A stretch of 61,393 nt of DNA, filler included, from Dugesia japonica (Eukaryota), in the NCBI GenBank assembly GCA_001938525.1. It is 5 parts of 5 records of this genome, joined end to end, with 100 filler letters (N's around TTAATTAATTAA, not from the genome) between each part and the next. Parts side by side here need not be neighbours in the genome. Positions count along the whole stretch, not along the records: positions 37,776 to 52,145 come from MQRL01135452.1; 4 more parts are not named here. One strand, written 5' to 3'. Made by a program: the position numbers and the translations under genes. Below the pieces are notes generated by a model. It ran no database searches. It was given only the letters and a program-made list of their open reading frames with translations, and was not told the DNA's origin. Below are positions 40,819-51,996 of this stretch, piece after piece. How positions within the stretch are numbered: the first letter of the stretch is position 1; every line of letters starts with the position of its first letter.

Positions 40819-42167
40819 ATGTCTAAGAATTGGGAAAATATTCCTGGAAGCACTAAAAGAATTTATAGGAAAAAAATTTAAATACAGTTCCCCAGAAAGC
40901 TGGAGTTAACCGGAAAATAGGAAACGATGTTAAATACGGAAGTGATTTACAATCTTCAAAACTAACTTCAACATTAATGAAACCTTTTACCACTGAAAAA
41001 TATCCTGGAGAAAGACACTTATTTGGTCACAACTATACTGGTCCAGGAACAAGATTAGATTTAAGATTTGATGAAAATTTAAATCCTAAAGAAGGTGAAG
41101 AACCTAAAAATAAAGTTGATGCCAGTGCTTTATAACATGAAATTGCATACATTTCCGAAGATATAAGAGATAGACATTTGGCTGATGTTAATTTAATACA
41201 TGATTTAAATAATATTCAAAATCCAACAACTGCTGAAAAGATACAAATAACATTAGTTAAATTGGCTATGAAAGGTAAAATTATGGTTGGTTCTGGAGTT
41301 CAGGATACTAAAAAAGTAATTTCAGATGAATTATTTAAAGAGGAAATTAGAGCTACCGAATTACATAGAGATTAAAAGAAACCAAAGTTTTATAGGAAAG
41401 TTGTAATTTTAGATAAGGATGAAACATGGTCGGCAGATTTAATTTTTTTAACTTATGGAGCAATGGGTGAAAAATCAAAAAATGTTTTTTTAACTGTTAT
41501 AGATTTATTTACAAGATTTGCATTTGTTAAATTCTGTAGAAATAAAACTGGACCGGCAATTACTGAGACTTTTCAATTAATATTTAACAATTCAGGTAGA
41601 ATGCCAAATAATTTATGGGTAGATCATGGGAAAGAATTTTATAATAAAACATTCAAGAAATTTTGTTTAGATAATGATATTAACATATATTCAACTGATA
41701 ATGAAGGTAAAACTGTTTTTATAGAAAGATTTAATAGAACATTTAAAAATAAATTATTTAAACAATTCACTAAACAAGGACATCAAAAATGGACAAGGAA
41801 ATTAATTCAAGATATTGTTTATGATTATAATAATAATGTTCATTCTTCAATTAATACAACTCCAGTAAAAGCATCGGAAAATCCTAATATTATTAGAGAT
41901 TTAATTAATCAAGATAATTTTAAATATGCCAGTAAACTGGAAAAGCTAGGGAAACAAAAATTTGATATTGGAGACAGAGTTAGAATTGTAAGAATAAAGA
42001 AAAGATATGAAAAGGGGTATACAGCAAAATGGTCAGAGGAAATTTTTATTGTTAATAAAGTATATCACACTAAACCTTATAATTATGGATTGACTAGTTT
42101 AACAGGAGATAAAGTCACTGGGAAATTTTATGATAATGAGTTACAGAAAACTTTGTTATCCAGCTAG
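40819..42167 (+). pseudogene. PLA2-integrase fusion (parvovirus VP1u-type phospholipase A2 plus rve integrase)
   Basis: After a 5' frameshift (~40875) a single frame reads HNYTGPGT..VDASAL*HEIAY..MVGSG..ELHRD*KK..WSADL..LWVDHGKEF..IERFNRTFK..FDIGDRVRI; stops at 41133 and 41373; DDE triad intact. Confidence 0.88.
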
Positions 42168-42182
42168 CTTCAGTCCAACAAG

Positions 42183-43028
42183 TTGGAAACTGGGGAACAA
42201 GCTAAATTATTCCTAAAGAAAATGTATGAACAACCAATTTGGATAGATAATACTAGTATATTTAATCATGAAACTTTTCCATCACAATTTAGGTGCTTAA
42301 TTATTGGTTCATCTGGTTGTAGTAAAAATGTACTGTTACTTAGAATGTTACTTACTCCAGGATTTATAGATTATAATAATTTAATATTATTTTCAACAAC
42401 AATTAATCAATTCGAAATTCAATTAATATATCATGGATTTAATCAGGGACTTTCTAAGGAAGATTTATTGTTAATATTTACTAGAGACATGCAAAAGAAG
42501 ATTCGAGAATCTGGAACTAATGGTAATAAATTAACCCCACAAGAAATTATTTTTTAGTTTATCCAGAATAAATTTCATAAAGCTAATGATGATGATGATG
42601 AAGCTGGACAAATAGAAATGACAATTTCAAATAAAGCTTCAGAAATAATTCCATGTGATAAATTACCCTCCAACAAGAAAAACTTAATTATATTCGATGA
42701 TGTAGTAAATGAAAAGAATCAACAAATTCAAAAAAGTTATTTCACAAGAGGGAGACATAATAATTGCAATGTGATTTATATATCACAAACATATTATGAC
42801 TTGGATAAAAATTCAATTAGAAATAACAGTAACTGTTTTATATTTTTTAAATTAGGAAAAAGAGATATGGATAATGTATATCATGATCTTTTCAGTAACA
42901 TATTTAATAATAAAGAAGAATATACATTTGAAAGTAATCACCATTGGAAAACTAAATATAATTATTTTTATCTTGATAGAGAAAATGAAATATTGATGGA
43001 TAAATTGTTTGAGTCTCCTACCAGTTAA
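42183..43028 (+). pseudogene. FtsK/A32-like packaging ATPase with one in-frame TAG
   Basis: IIGSSGCSK (G>S in Walker A), LIIFDD, RGRHNN..YISQTY; ORFs 42183 and 42618 share a frame, with a stop at 42555. Confidence 0.93.
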
Positions 43029-43073
43029 CTCCAGTTGAACTGAGGCTAACCATTAAAAATATTATATAATAAA

Positions 43074-43619
43074 ATGTCTGAAACTAACATCAATAATACT
43101 AACATAACCGAACAAGGTTTAATTGAATTGATAAATAGTAACAAGTGTAGATCAATAAAAATAAATGGTAAAAATTATTGGATAGGGAAACAAGCTAAAA
43201 ATAAAATCCAGCAGAGACTTGAAAAAGAAGGAGGTATTATTCCTTTACTTGCTTTAATACCTGGAATAGGTGCAGCAGGAACTGCAGCTGCTGGTGTTGC
43301 AGGCGCAGCCGCTGGAATTGCAAAGGCAGTTACAAATGCACGTGAAGCATCTAATGAAAAAAAGAAAGGTGAATTATTGGATCAGCAGTTAATTGGACAA
43401 CTCCAGCAAGCTGGAAAAACTGTTTCTCCAGCTAATCCTGGAGAAGGTTTATATTTAAATCCTTATCAGGGTTCAGCTATTCATAAATATTTAAAATTAA
43501 TTGGTGAAGATGAATTTATAAAGTTTGCTGCTAAATCAAATAAATGGAAAAAAGGTTTACGTGTAGAAAAACATGGAGATGGTTTATATTTAAATCCTTG
43601 GCCACATAAGTCAACTTAA
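43074..43619 (+). CDS. Adenovirus pX-like virion protein
   Basis: KEGG-IIPLLALIPGIGAAG..AAGIAKAV amphipathic segment; two GxGLYLNP repeats. Confidence 0.7.
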   Translation: MSETNINNTNITEQGLIELINSNKCRSIKINGKNYWIGKQAKNKIQQRLEKEGGIIPLLALIPGIGAAGTAAAGVAGAAAGIAKAVTNAREASNEKKKGELLDQQLIGQLQQAGKTVSPANPGEGLYLNPYQGSAIHKYLKLIGEDEFIKFAAKSNKWKKGLRVEKHGDGLYLNPWPHKST

Positions 43620-43634
43620 TTTTTTTTATATAAA

Positions 43635-44721
43635 ATGGAAAATAATGATTGCATTGAAGCAAGAATAAAAATATTAAAACAACAAGTAGTTGGTAGAAAA
43701 AAATATAATAATTTAATTCTTGACCAGCTAGCTCCAGCAAGCTGGGGTCAAGTTAATTATTTTAATATGGATAATAAATTACTTTCTGGAATTAACTTGA
43801 ATAAATTAGATCTTAAATTAGACCCTAAATTAGATCCTAAATTAGATCTAAAATTAGATCCTAAAATAGATTCTAAAATAGATACTAAAATAGATTCTAA
43901 AATAGATTCTAAAATAGATTCTAAAATAGATTCTAAAATAGATTCTAAAATAGATACTAAAATAGATACTAAAATAGATACTAAATTAGATTCTCAGGAT
44001 GTTAAACCAGCTAAGCCTAAGAAAGTTGCACGGAAAGAACCATTTCAAGTTAAAATAAAACTTTCTACTAAAAATAAAATAATGGATCGATTAATCCCTC
44101 AATTTTCAGGTGAATCTTTTGATCATTTTACAATTGATAAAACTGATATTTATTTAATAAAAGTTAATGATGTTAAAATGTTTCATGTTCCTGATTTTGA
44201 AGAAACTGGAGGAAAAGAATATATTCCATTTAGTAATGAAACTTTAAATTTAATGTTTGGACATGGAAGTAGTGATGAAGAATCTGTAAAAAGTTACTTA
44301 AATGATTTTGGTTTAAAATTTGATAGAAGAAACACATATTAGAAATTGTGATGAGATACAACCCACGAAACCTCAACCAACTGAAATAAAAAGTCTAGAA
44401 AGTGTTTATGATCCTGGAATTCCAAAAACAAAACTTCCTAACAAGGAAGATTTTAAACATAAGCCAGATCCATTAAATACTAAAGAAAAAGTATATACTG
44501 GAAATTCTATTCCAGTTAACTGGCCTCACCAGCTAGCTCCAGATTTCTGGGGACTTAAATTATTTGAAGATTTAACTAGAATAATTTCAGGTATAAAAGC
44601 GGGGCATGATAATTTAAATGTTGAATTAAAAACTGTACTTGATAAATTATTAAAATTAAAAATGATTACAAAAGTAAAATATAATAAATATCTTAAAAAA
44701 TATCTAAAAAAAATATCTTAA
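43635..44721 (+). pseudogene. Conserved Polinton protein (KAGHDN C-terminal motif), probably one gene split by a frameshift near 44320
   Basis: Overlapping ORFs 43635-44342 and 44320-44721; the homologous parts lie in one frame in element B. Confidence 0.7.
43803..43994 (+). repeat. Coding 12-bp tandem repeat, 16 x K(L/I)D(L/P/S/T)
   Basis: AAA(T/A)TAGAT(T/C/A)CT-type units. Confidence 0.95.
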
Positions 44722-44803
44722 AAAATATTTAAAAAAATATCTTAAAAAAAATATCTATCTCAAATTTAAGGTAATATAAATAACCTCACTTCGTTCGGTT
44801 TTA

Positions 44804-45544
44804 ATGTCACATCAATTTCAATTCATTGGAAGTGAAGATAAATTAGAATTAAATATTTCTCCAAGGATAGAATTAGAAGATGAATGGGAAGTTGGTTTAA
44901 TTTGGTTTTCTACTTCAAATATGATGATTAATATTTATGGAGATGGGAATGGTAAATTAGCTAATAATAAATATAAAATTAATAATATTGAAAAAACCTT
45001 ATCACCAGGAGCTTATGAAATTGATCAAATAGCTAGTAAATTAAAACTAGATAAAATAAATTTAACTTGGGATCTTTCAACAACTAAAGGAATGATTAGT
45101 TTATTTGTTCCTCCCAGCAAGGATAAAACTCCAGCTAATCAGGAAGTTGTTCAGCCTATCCAACAAGTTGGAAAACTATCGTTTGATGGAAATTCATTCT
45201 TTCATAAAATGTTAAAATTTAATCCTGGTGAATATTTAATTCAGGTTAAAGAAAATATTACTAAAATAAATATTTATGATATTTCAACAATTAATATAAT
45301 ATGTAATCTTGCTCAAGGAAATTATTTAGGAAATCGTGAAAGTAATTTACTTCATACTTTACCTATGGGAACTGTTCCTTATGGCTATAGAATAACTGAA
45401 AGACCTCCAAATCCAATATATTCAGAATTAACTGTAAGATTTATAGATAGAATTAAAATAAATATTGTCGATGATAATTTTAACACTATAGATTTCGATG
45501 GAGAAAAAATTAGTATTTTATTACATGTTAGGAAAACAAAATAA
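44804..45544 (+). CDS. Minor capsid protein (penton), intact
   Basis: PRIEL..WEVGL, PGAYEI, INIICNL, PYGYRITERPPNPIY, IVDDNFNTIDFDGE..LHVRK. Confidence 0.88.
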   Translation: MSHQFQFIGSEDKLELNISPRIELEDEWEVGLIWFSTSNMMINIYGDGNGKLANNKYKINNIEKTLSPGAYEIDQIASKLKLDKINLTWDLSTTKGMISLFVPPSKDKTPANQEVVQPIQQVGKLSFDGNSFFHKMLKFNPGEYLIQVKENITKINIYDISTINIICNLAQGNYLGNRESNLLHTLPMGTVPYGYRITERPPNPIYSELTVRFIDRIKINIVDDNFNTIDFDGEKISILLHVRKTK

Positions 45545-45558
45545 TTTTTATAATAAAA

Positions 45559-46062
45559 ATGACTGATGTTCAACAACAAGTTGGTGATAGAGATTGGAAT
45601 ATATTAGATTTTTTAAAAACATTTGGAATATCAACAATGACTAATTTTGATTTATTGTTAATAGCTGATTTCTTAAAGATGGATATAAAAGTTGTAATGA
45701 GTAATGAGTTTCCTACTCAGTTACCTGAGAGAAATTCATCCTAGATAATTAATTATGAAACATCAAAAGAAAAAGAAACTCACTGGGTTGCATTTTATTT
45801 TAATCCAGTGAATAAAAAGGGTTATTATTTTGATTCTTATGGTTTACCTCCAATAGATTGTATTCAAGACTTGAGTTTTGATATATTTTATGATGATGAA
45901 CAAGTCCAGCCTTGGGGAACAAGAATATGTGGAATTTTATGTATTTACTTTTTGTATAAAATTAATAAAGATCCTGATAGCTTGGAAAACCAGCTTCCAG
46001 TTAACTGGGCTGGAATAATCCAAGAGCTAAAGTCAACTTTTTCTCCATTATTAAATGGCTAA
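45559..46062 (+). pseudogene. Adenain-like cysteine protease with one in-frame TAG
   Basis: THWVAF, YFDSYG, QVQ..ICGILC; stop at 45742. Confidence 0.92.
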
Positions 46063-46378
46063 CTGGATTATGAATAATTTAGGTCAATCTTTACAGTTGG
46101 TGGGTGATACTAAATTATTAGAAATAGCTAGTCAAACAATTGAAGCAAAAATAAAAATATATTCACGTGAAGAAGAAATTAAAAATATAAAGTATAATGA
46201 TAAAAAATATGTTGATGAAAAAATTAAAAACCAACTAGCTGGGGTTGATGATAATTTTAAAACATTAAGAGAAAAAATTAATAAGCAACAAGTTACAATT
46301 GATACAATATTAGAAAGAAATGAAATTCATTTAAGTGAAAGTAAAAAACAATTTATAAAAATAAAACAAAGATGTTAA
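46055..46378 (+). CDS. Hypothetical coiled-coil protein (possibly one gene with 46372-46929)
   Basis: ORF overlaps both neighbours. Confidence 0.55.
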   Translation: MANWIMNNLGQSLQLVGDTKLLEIASQTIEAKIKIYSREEEIKNIKYNDKKYVDEKIKNQLAGVDDNFKTLREKINKQQVTIDTILERNEIHLSESKKQFIKIKQRC

Positions 46379-46929
46379 ATGACTTGGAAGTAGTTAATAT
46401 TCTAATACAGAATAATTTATTTAAGAATAAAAAATTGCATAGTAAAGAATTAAATCAGTTAACTGGAGATTTGACTAAAGAATTATACCAGTTAACTGGA
46501 GATTTGAGAAAGCAAGTTAACAACTTAACAAGTGTTTGTGGAAAAGATAAAATGAACAAGTTACAAAATCAAGTAGATAAATTAATACATGATTTTAATT
46601 TTCGTGTTCAATCAGAAAATGATCCTTTACCTAAATTAAAAACAAGGTTTGAGGGAATAAAACCAGTATTATTTCAAAGAGATGCTGTTGAAAAAGCAAT
46701 TAAAGAATTGGAAAAAGAAAGACAAGAAAATAAACTTTATTCAAAAGATAAATTAAAATTTGTTATTAAAACTATTGATAATTATTTTCCCTATTATCCT
46801 AGTTTGATAGAAAAAGGAAATGTTGTTTTTAGTTTAACAACAAAAGTACTTATAAATAATTTACCATGTATTAGTGTGTGTAAATTTAAAAACTTGGTTA
46901 TTGATGGAAAAGGTAAAATTATAGGATAA
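46372..46929 (+). CDS. Hypothetical coiled-coil protein
   Basis: 185-aa ORF with an 11-aa duplication KEL(N/Y)QLTGDL. Confidence 0.6.
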   Translation: MLNDLEVVNILIQNNLFKNKKLHSKELNQLTGDLTKELYQLTGDLRKQVNNLTSVCGKDKMNKLQNQVDKLIHDFNFRVQSENDPLPKLKTRFEGIKPVLFQRDAVEKAIKELEKERQENKLYSKDKLKFVIKTIDNYFPYYPSLIEKGNVVFSLTTKVLINNLPCISVCKFKNLVIDGKGKIIG

Positions 46930-46933
46930 ACAT

Positions 46934-47284
46934 GTGGAAAATATAGATATATACAATCTCTTGGATAAATTAGAATTAAAATTTGAAAGAATTGATTTTC
47001 AAATTTATGAATTAAATTTTGAAATTGAATGTTTTAATCCATTTAAAACATTAATATTCGTTGAAGTTTTAATTATTATTGAATTAGTTAAAGATCCTAA
47101 AGTAGTGTATAAAACTTTTAAATTTAAAAATGATGCGTATAAAAAAAATAAATATTTAATTAATTCAAAGGAAATTCTAGAGAAAATCCAGGTTGGGGTT
47201 AATTGGAAACCTTTTTCAATACACATGCCAAAAGATATTTTTTTAAAAGAATTGAAAATTATAAATTCTAGAGAATCTGAATAA
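46934..47284 (+). CDS. Hypothetical protein
   Basis: 116-aa ORF (GTG start in the track), co-oriented and tightly packed. Confidence 0.5.
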   Translation: MENIDIYNLLDKLELKFERIDFQIYELNFEIECFNPFKTLIFVEVLIIIELVKDPKVVYKTFKFKNDAYKKNKYLINSKEILEKIQVGVNWKPFSIHMPKDIFLKELKIINSRESE

Positions 47285-47317
47285 GTTCCATTAAATGGAA
47301 ATAATTTTTTTATAAAA

Positions 47318-47985
47318 ATGTCTATCGAAAATATTTATCCCAAGTTAGATTTAGATGATGAGCTAACTACAAGTAGTACGAAGACATAGAAGATTTAAAA
47401 AATAAATTAAATAAAACAAGGATATTAGATTTTGAAAGTGACTTATTATGGATCGATGAAAAATTAAAGCATTATAATAAATTATTAAAAAGATGGAATC
47501 GATTTGATAATGGAGTGAGATTTACAGATGTTGGAATATCTACAATTATAGGAATAGCTTCAGGATCAATTATTTTATTAACAACTCTAAGTTTTGCAGT
47601 TCCTGTTTTAGTCACAGGTATAATAACAGGAATACCAATAATTTATTCCTTGTCTCATGGAACTTTAAGATTAACAGTAATTAAAAAATGATGTGTAAAA
47701 TATCTAGCAAAAATAAAATTATTGGAAGAAACTAAAAGTAAATTATTTGCATATCATGTAAAGGCTTTGGAGGATAATGTTTTAACTAATGTAGAAATAA
47801 AATTTTCAAAGGATTTAATAAATAATTTAAAGAATCCATTTAATAAATTTTCCAGCTCGCTGGATGTTGATAAATTCGATACTCACACTCCAGCTAGTTC
47901 AAATGTTCAAAATTTTAACTTGGATGAATTAAAAAAACTGTTGAATAAAACAATCCAACAGATTTCCATGAAGACGAAAGTTTAA
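47318..47985 (+). pseudogene. Membrane protein with Gly-rich hydrophobic hairpin, disrupted
   Basis: MSIENIYPKL, a frameshift, then VGISTIIGIASGSIILLTTLSFAVPVLVTGIITGIPII, TGA at 47689, then SKLF..KALED. Confidence 0.7.
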
Positions 47986-48103
47986 ATTGTTCCAGCTTAG
48001 CTGGCCTTTAGAAAATATCTATAAGTAAATATCTATAAAAGTATATAACATAAAAAGTTTAAAAAAAAAATAATCACTTAACTCAAATTACTTCTATATA
48101 AAA

Positions 48104-51100
48104 ATGTCCAACATTACTTTTGAAAATTATCTTGAACAAGATTCAGCTCCTTATTATTGTCCATACTGTGAAAGGAGATTTAAAACTTTATACATTTGGG
48201 GAAGTCATTTAAATGGTGCTCCACATAAAAAGAAATTTTTAAAATAGAAAATAAAGATATATGGCTTTGTAAACATTGTGGTGTTGAATGTGGAAATTCA
48301 TTTAATTATAAAAGACATATTGAAAGAATGGCTAGAATTAGAGCAATAAAGGAAGGCCAGGGTGGAGATGAGATAACAGAAACATTTAAAGAAGAAATGA
48401 AAATTTTATATTCTAATTATTTATCTGAGCCCAGTTGGACAATTAAAACATGCTTAGATGCATGGGTAAAATTGAAAATGGAATTACCTGAAGGAGAAAT
48501 TTCACCTGATTATGTTGCAGTAGATGGTGAAACTATTAGTGAGTTTGAAGAACGAATTAATTTTAATGAATTAGATAAATATAAAACCACTGTAAAAAAT
48601 ATTTTAAATTTATATTTAAATAGATTCGATAAATGTATGTTCTGGATGGTTTTTAATGTTAAATTCACTAAAGATTATCACCCTGTAAACTCAGGGTCTG
48701 TTGTTCACACTTCAGTGGATATTAGAAAATTTAAAATCCTAGCTAGAGGAATAACTATAGAATCACAAATTCCAGAAGTTATTTCAGACTGTTTTCAAAA
48801 GGTATTAGAAGAAATGTATGATAATGAAGGAGATGGTTCAGGTTGGTGTATTAAAGAAATAGTTTCATTTACTCTTAATATGAGTAAGTATGAAACTTTA
48901 GCAGGACAAGGATATGAACAACTTCCACTAGAATGGAATTGTGTTCGTGGAATTGTTAATATTAAAAATCCAGAAGATGATTATAATTGTTTTGATTATT
49001 GTCTTCAGGCACACTTGAACCAAAACCTTACAGATGAAATTAATATGTATAAACCTGCTGGATTTAATTTTAAATATAATATGGATACAACTAAAGGTAT
49101 GAATGTAAATGATATAAATAAATTTTGTAAATTAAACGGTTGGAAAATAAATTTATTTGAGGTTAAGAATAGTAATTCCAATCGATGTAAAATTCAAAAA
49201 ATAATTTACATGCACAATAATACATCTCCTAAAAGTACAGATAGGGAATGTAATTTATTAATATATAAAGGACATTACATTTTAATTAAGGATTTAAGAA
49301 AAATATATTGTAAAAATAATAATTATAATGAGATATGCTTAAATTGTATGATTTCATTAAGTAATTTAAAAGCCGTACATAATCATCAAAAATCATGTTT
49401 AGAAAACCCCTCATCACAAATCTTATTTTATCCAGAGGATAATTTTAAATTTAATAATTATCAGATGAAGCATTACATTCCATTTACAATTTACTATGAT
49501 ATTGAAACTTATAATAAAACTAATTCCATTACCCCAAAATCAAAATTATCATGCTTAAGCATTTGTCTTTATATTAAAAGTGAATATGATAATTTACTCC
49601 CATCAAGTTTAAAAACATTTCCCAAGGAAACTTGTTTATCAGATTTTATTAATTATTTGAAGAAAATTAATGATCATATTAATTTAATAATTAATACCCA
49701 ATTAAAAGAATTAGACAAAGCCACAGTTCCATTAATAGAAGAACATGGAATAAAGGAATGTTACTACTGTAAAATTAAATTTAATAATAACGATTTTAAT
49801 AAGGATTTTATTATAACTTCATATAATGAATTCACAGCATGTTTCAGAGGATATTCACATAAATCCTGTAATAAAAAATCATTATTAAAAACAAATTTCT
49901 TTATTCCAGTAATTGCACATAATGGTTCTCATTTTGATAATCATTTTGTTTTCAAGGAAATGTGCAAATTATATCCTAAATCATTAGATAAACTAATCCC
50001 AAATATAATGATGATTATGTAGCTTTTAATTTTGGCAAATTAAGATTTATAGATTCATTAAATCTTTGCCCTGGAACATCAATAGCTAAAATGGGTGAGA
50101 CATTAAGTAAAATTAATAAACACCCAATCTTGGATTCACAGGAGTTATGTCCAAGAAAAAATTATTTTCCATATTCACTTGCTCAGGGTAATTCCCATAG
50201 TGAAGTACTGGATAAATTTAAACAATGGAATCCTAATAAAAAAGATTTCTTCAATCAATTAAATCAACAGGAAATGTCAGAAAGTGAATATAAACAATTC
50301 CTATTAGACTTTGAAGATTTCCGGGTTGAGGACAATCCATTGTTTAAATATAATCTTCATTACATGAAATTGGATGTTTTGATCCTTGCCGATTTCATGG
50401 AGAATCTTAGGAAATTATCCTTAAGAGAAAATGAGATAGATCCATTTTATTGTTACAGTGCTCCAGGACTAACTTGGCAAACTGGCATGAAAAAAACTGG
50501 GATTAATTTAAAATATCCAAGAAAAATAGATTATGACATGCATTTGATGATCCAGCAAGGAATTAGAGGAGGCCAATACTCTGTTTTAGGAAACAGACAC
50601 ATTTTAGCTGGAAAAGAAAACACTATAAAATATCTCGATGAGAATAGTTTATATTCTTTTTGTATGACATTAAAATTACCCTGGGGTTTAATGTCATGGG
50701 GAGAACCAAATTATATAAAAACAAATAATGAATATGAAATAAATTCTGATGGGGAGAAAATATTTACTGATTATATTTACAAAGTGGATTTAAAATATCC
50801 AGATAAAATAAAAGAAAAATCAAAATATTATCCCTTTGCTTTAGAAAAGAAAGCAATAACATATGAACAATTATCCTCCTATCAAAAGAACTTACTTGAT
50901 AAAGCTGGTAAGAAACAAAGTAAGTTTGAAAAATTAATCATGGACCAGGAAGATAAAATAGAATATGTCTGTTTAGGAAACAATGTTAGATTTTTACTTG
51001 GAGCAGGGAATGGGACTTATTAAAGTCCACAGTAAAATAACTGTTCCAACAAAGGAATGGTTGAAGCCCTACATTGAATCAAATATTAAAAAGAGAAATG

Positions 51101-51894
51101 ATTCAAAATTAATTAAAGATGCATTTGGAGATGCATTTTACAAATTATTAAATAATGCATTCTTCGGAAAAACTATGGAGAATGTATTTCATCGAGAAAA
51201 CATTGGGTTGGCAAACACAAATAAAAAATTTTTAACAATGCTTGCTGATGTAAATTTCAAAGAGGCAATTTACATAAATAAAAATGTGGCACTAATTAAA
51301 AGACATAAAAATAATGTCAAGTTTTTAAAGTTCCCATTTATAGGGTTCTTTGTTTTAGAGTATGCTAAAATCACAATGTACAAATTCGTTTATAATGATT
51401 TGGAAAAACATTGTTCTGGTCATTATAAATTACATTATACAGATACTGATTCTCTAGTTTTGGAATTCATTCACCCAGGACAAACTTGGGAGGAATTTAA
51501 ACCTAGAGTGGAACATTTATTTCAAGATAAGTTGGGACAAATGAAAGATGAGTTTCCAAATCATCTAATCACAGAATTTTTCTTTATTAAATCAAAATCT
51601 TATTGCATGATTAAAGAAGATTTATTACAAAATCCTGAGCATGCTGCACAACTTCACATGGCTCACAAGGGATTAAAATATAGTAATAAATTAACTTCTG
51701 ATCAATACAAATCAGTCTTGTATGGTGATAAAACTATATATGGAACTAATTATTCCATACAATCAAAGTTGCATAACGTAACTTTTAATAAACAAATTAA
51801 AATAGGATTGACTCCATTTGATGACAAAACATTCATTTGTTCAGATGGAATAACAACTCTTCCATATGGATATCCTAATATTTATTCACAGTAA
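48104..51894 (+). pseudogene. polB: Protein-primed family B DNA polymerase, three frameshifts (~48240, ~50005, ~50985)
   Basis: Exo motifs YDIET, AHNGSHFD, RFIDS; DVLILAD; GIRGG; YLDENSLY; KLLNNAFFGKTMEN; YTDTDS; N-terminal zinc fingers. Confidence 0.96.
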
Positions 51895-51996
51895 CAGAGA
51901 TTAGTTTCTATATTAAAATATTAAAATAATAGTTAGGGCAACCTTTTTAATTTATCGTTGCCATCCTGATTTTTCAGCTAGCTGGCCAACTTACAT

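Noticed and set aside
40518-47226. Minus-strand ORFs within element A (40518, 43531, 45385, 47005) and similar antisense ORFs in other TEs
   Set aside because: Shadow frames of real genes, with no recognisable motifs.
41133-47691. Alternative genetic code or programmed readthrough of in-frame stops
   Set aside because: The stops replace different residues (Lys and Tyr relative to element B), differ in position between sister elements, include TAA, TAG and TGA, and normal ORFs end in TAA. Decay is the simpler explanation.
47318-47985. Naming this protein GasderminX
   Set aside because: The resemblance is only general hydrophobic architecture; a profile search is needed.
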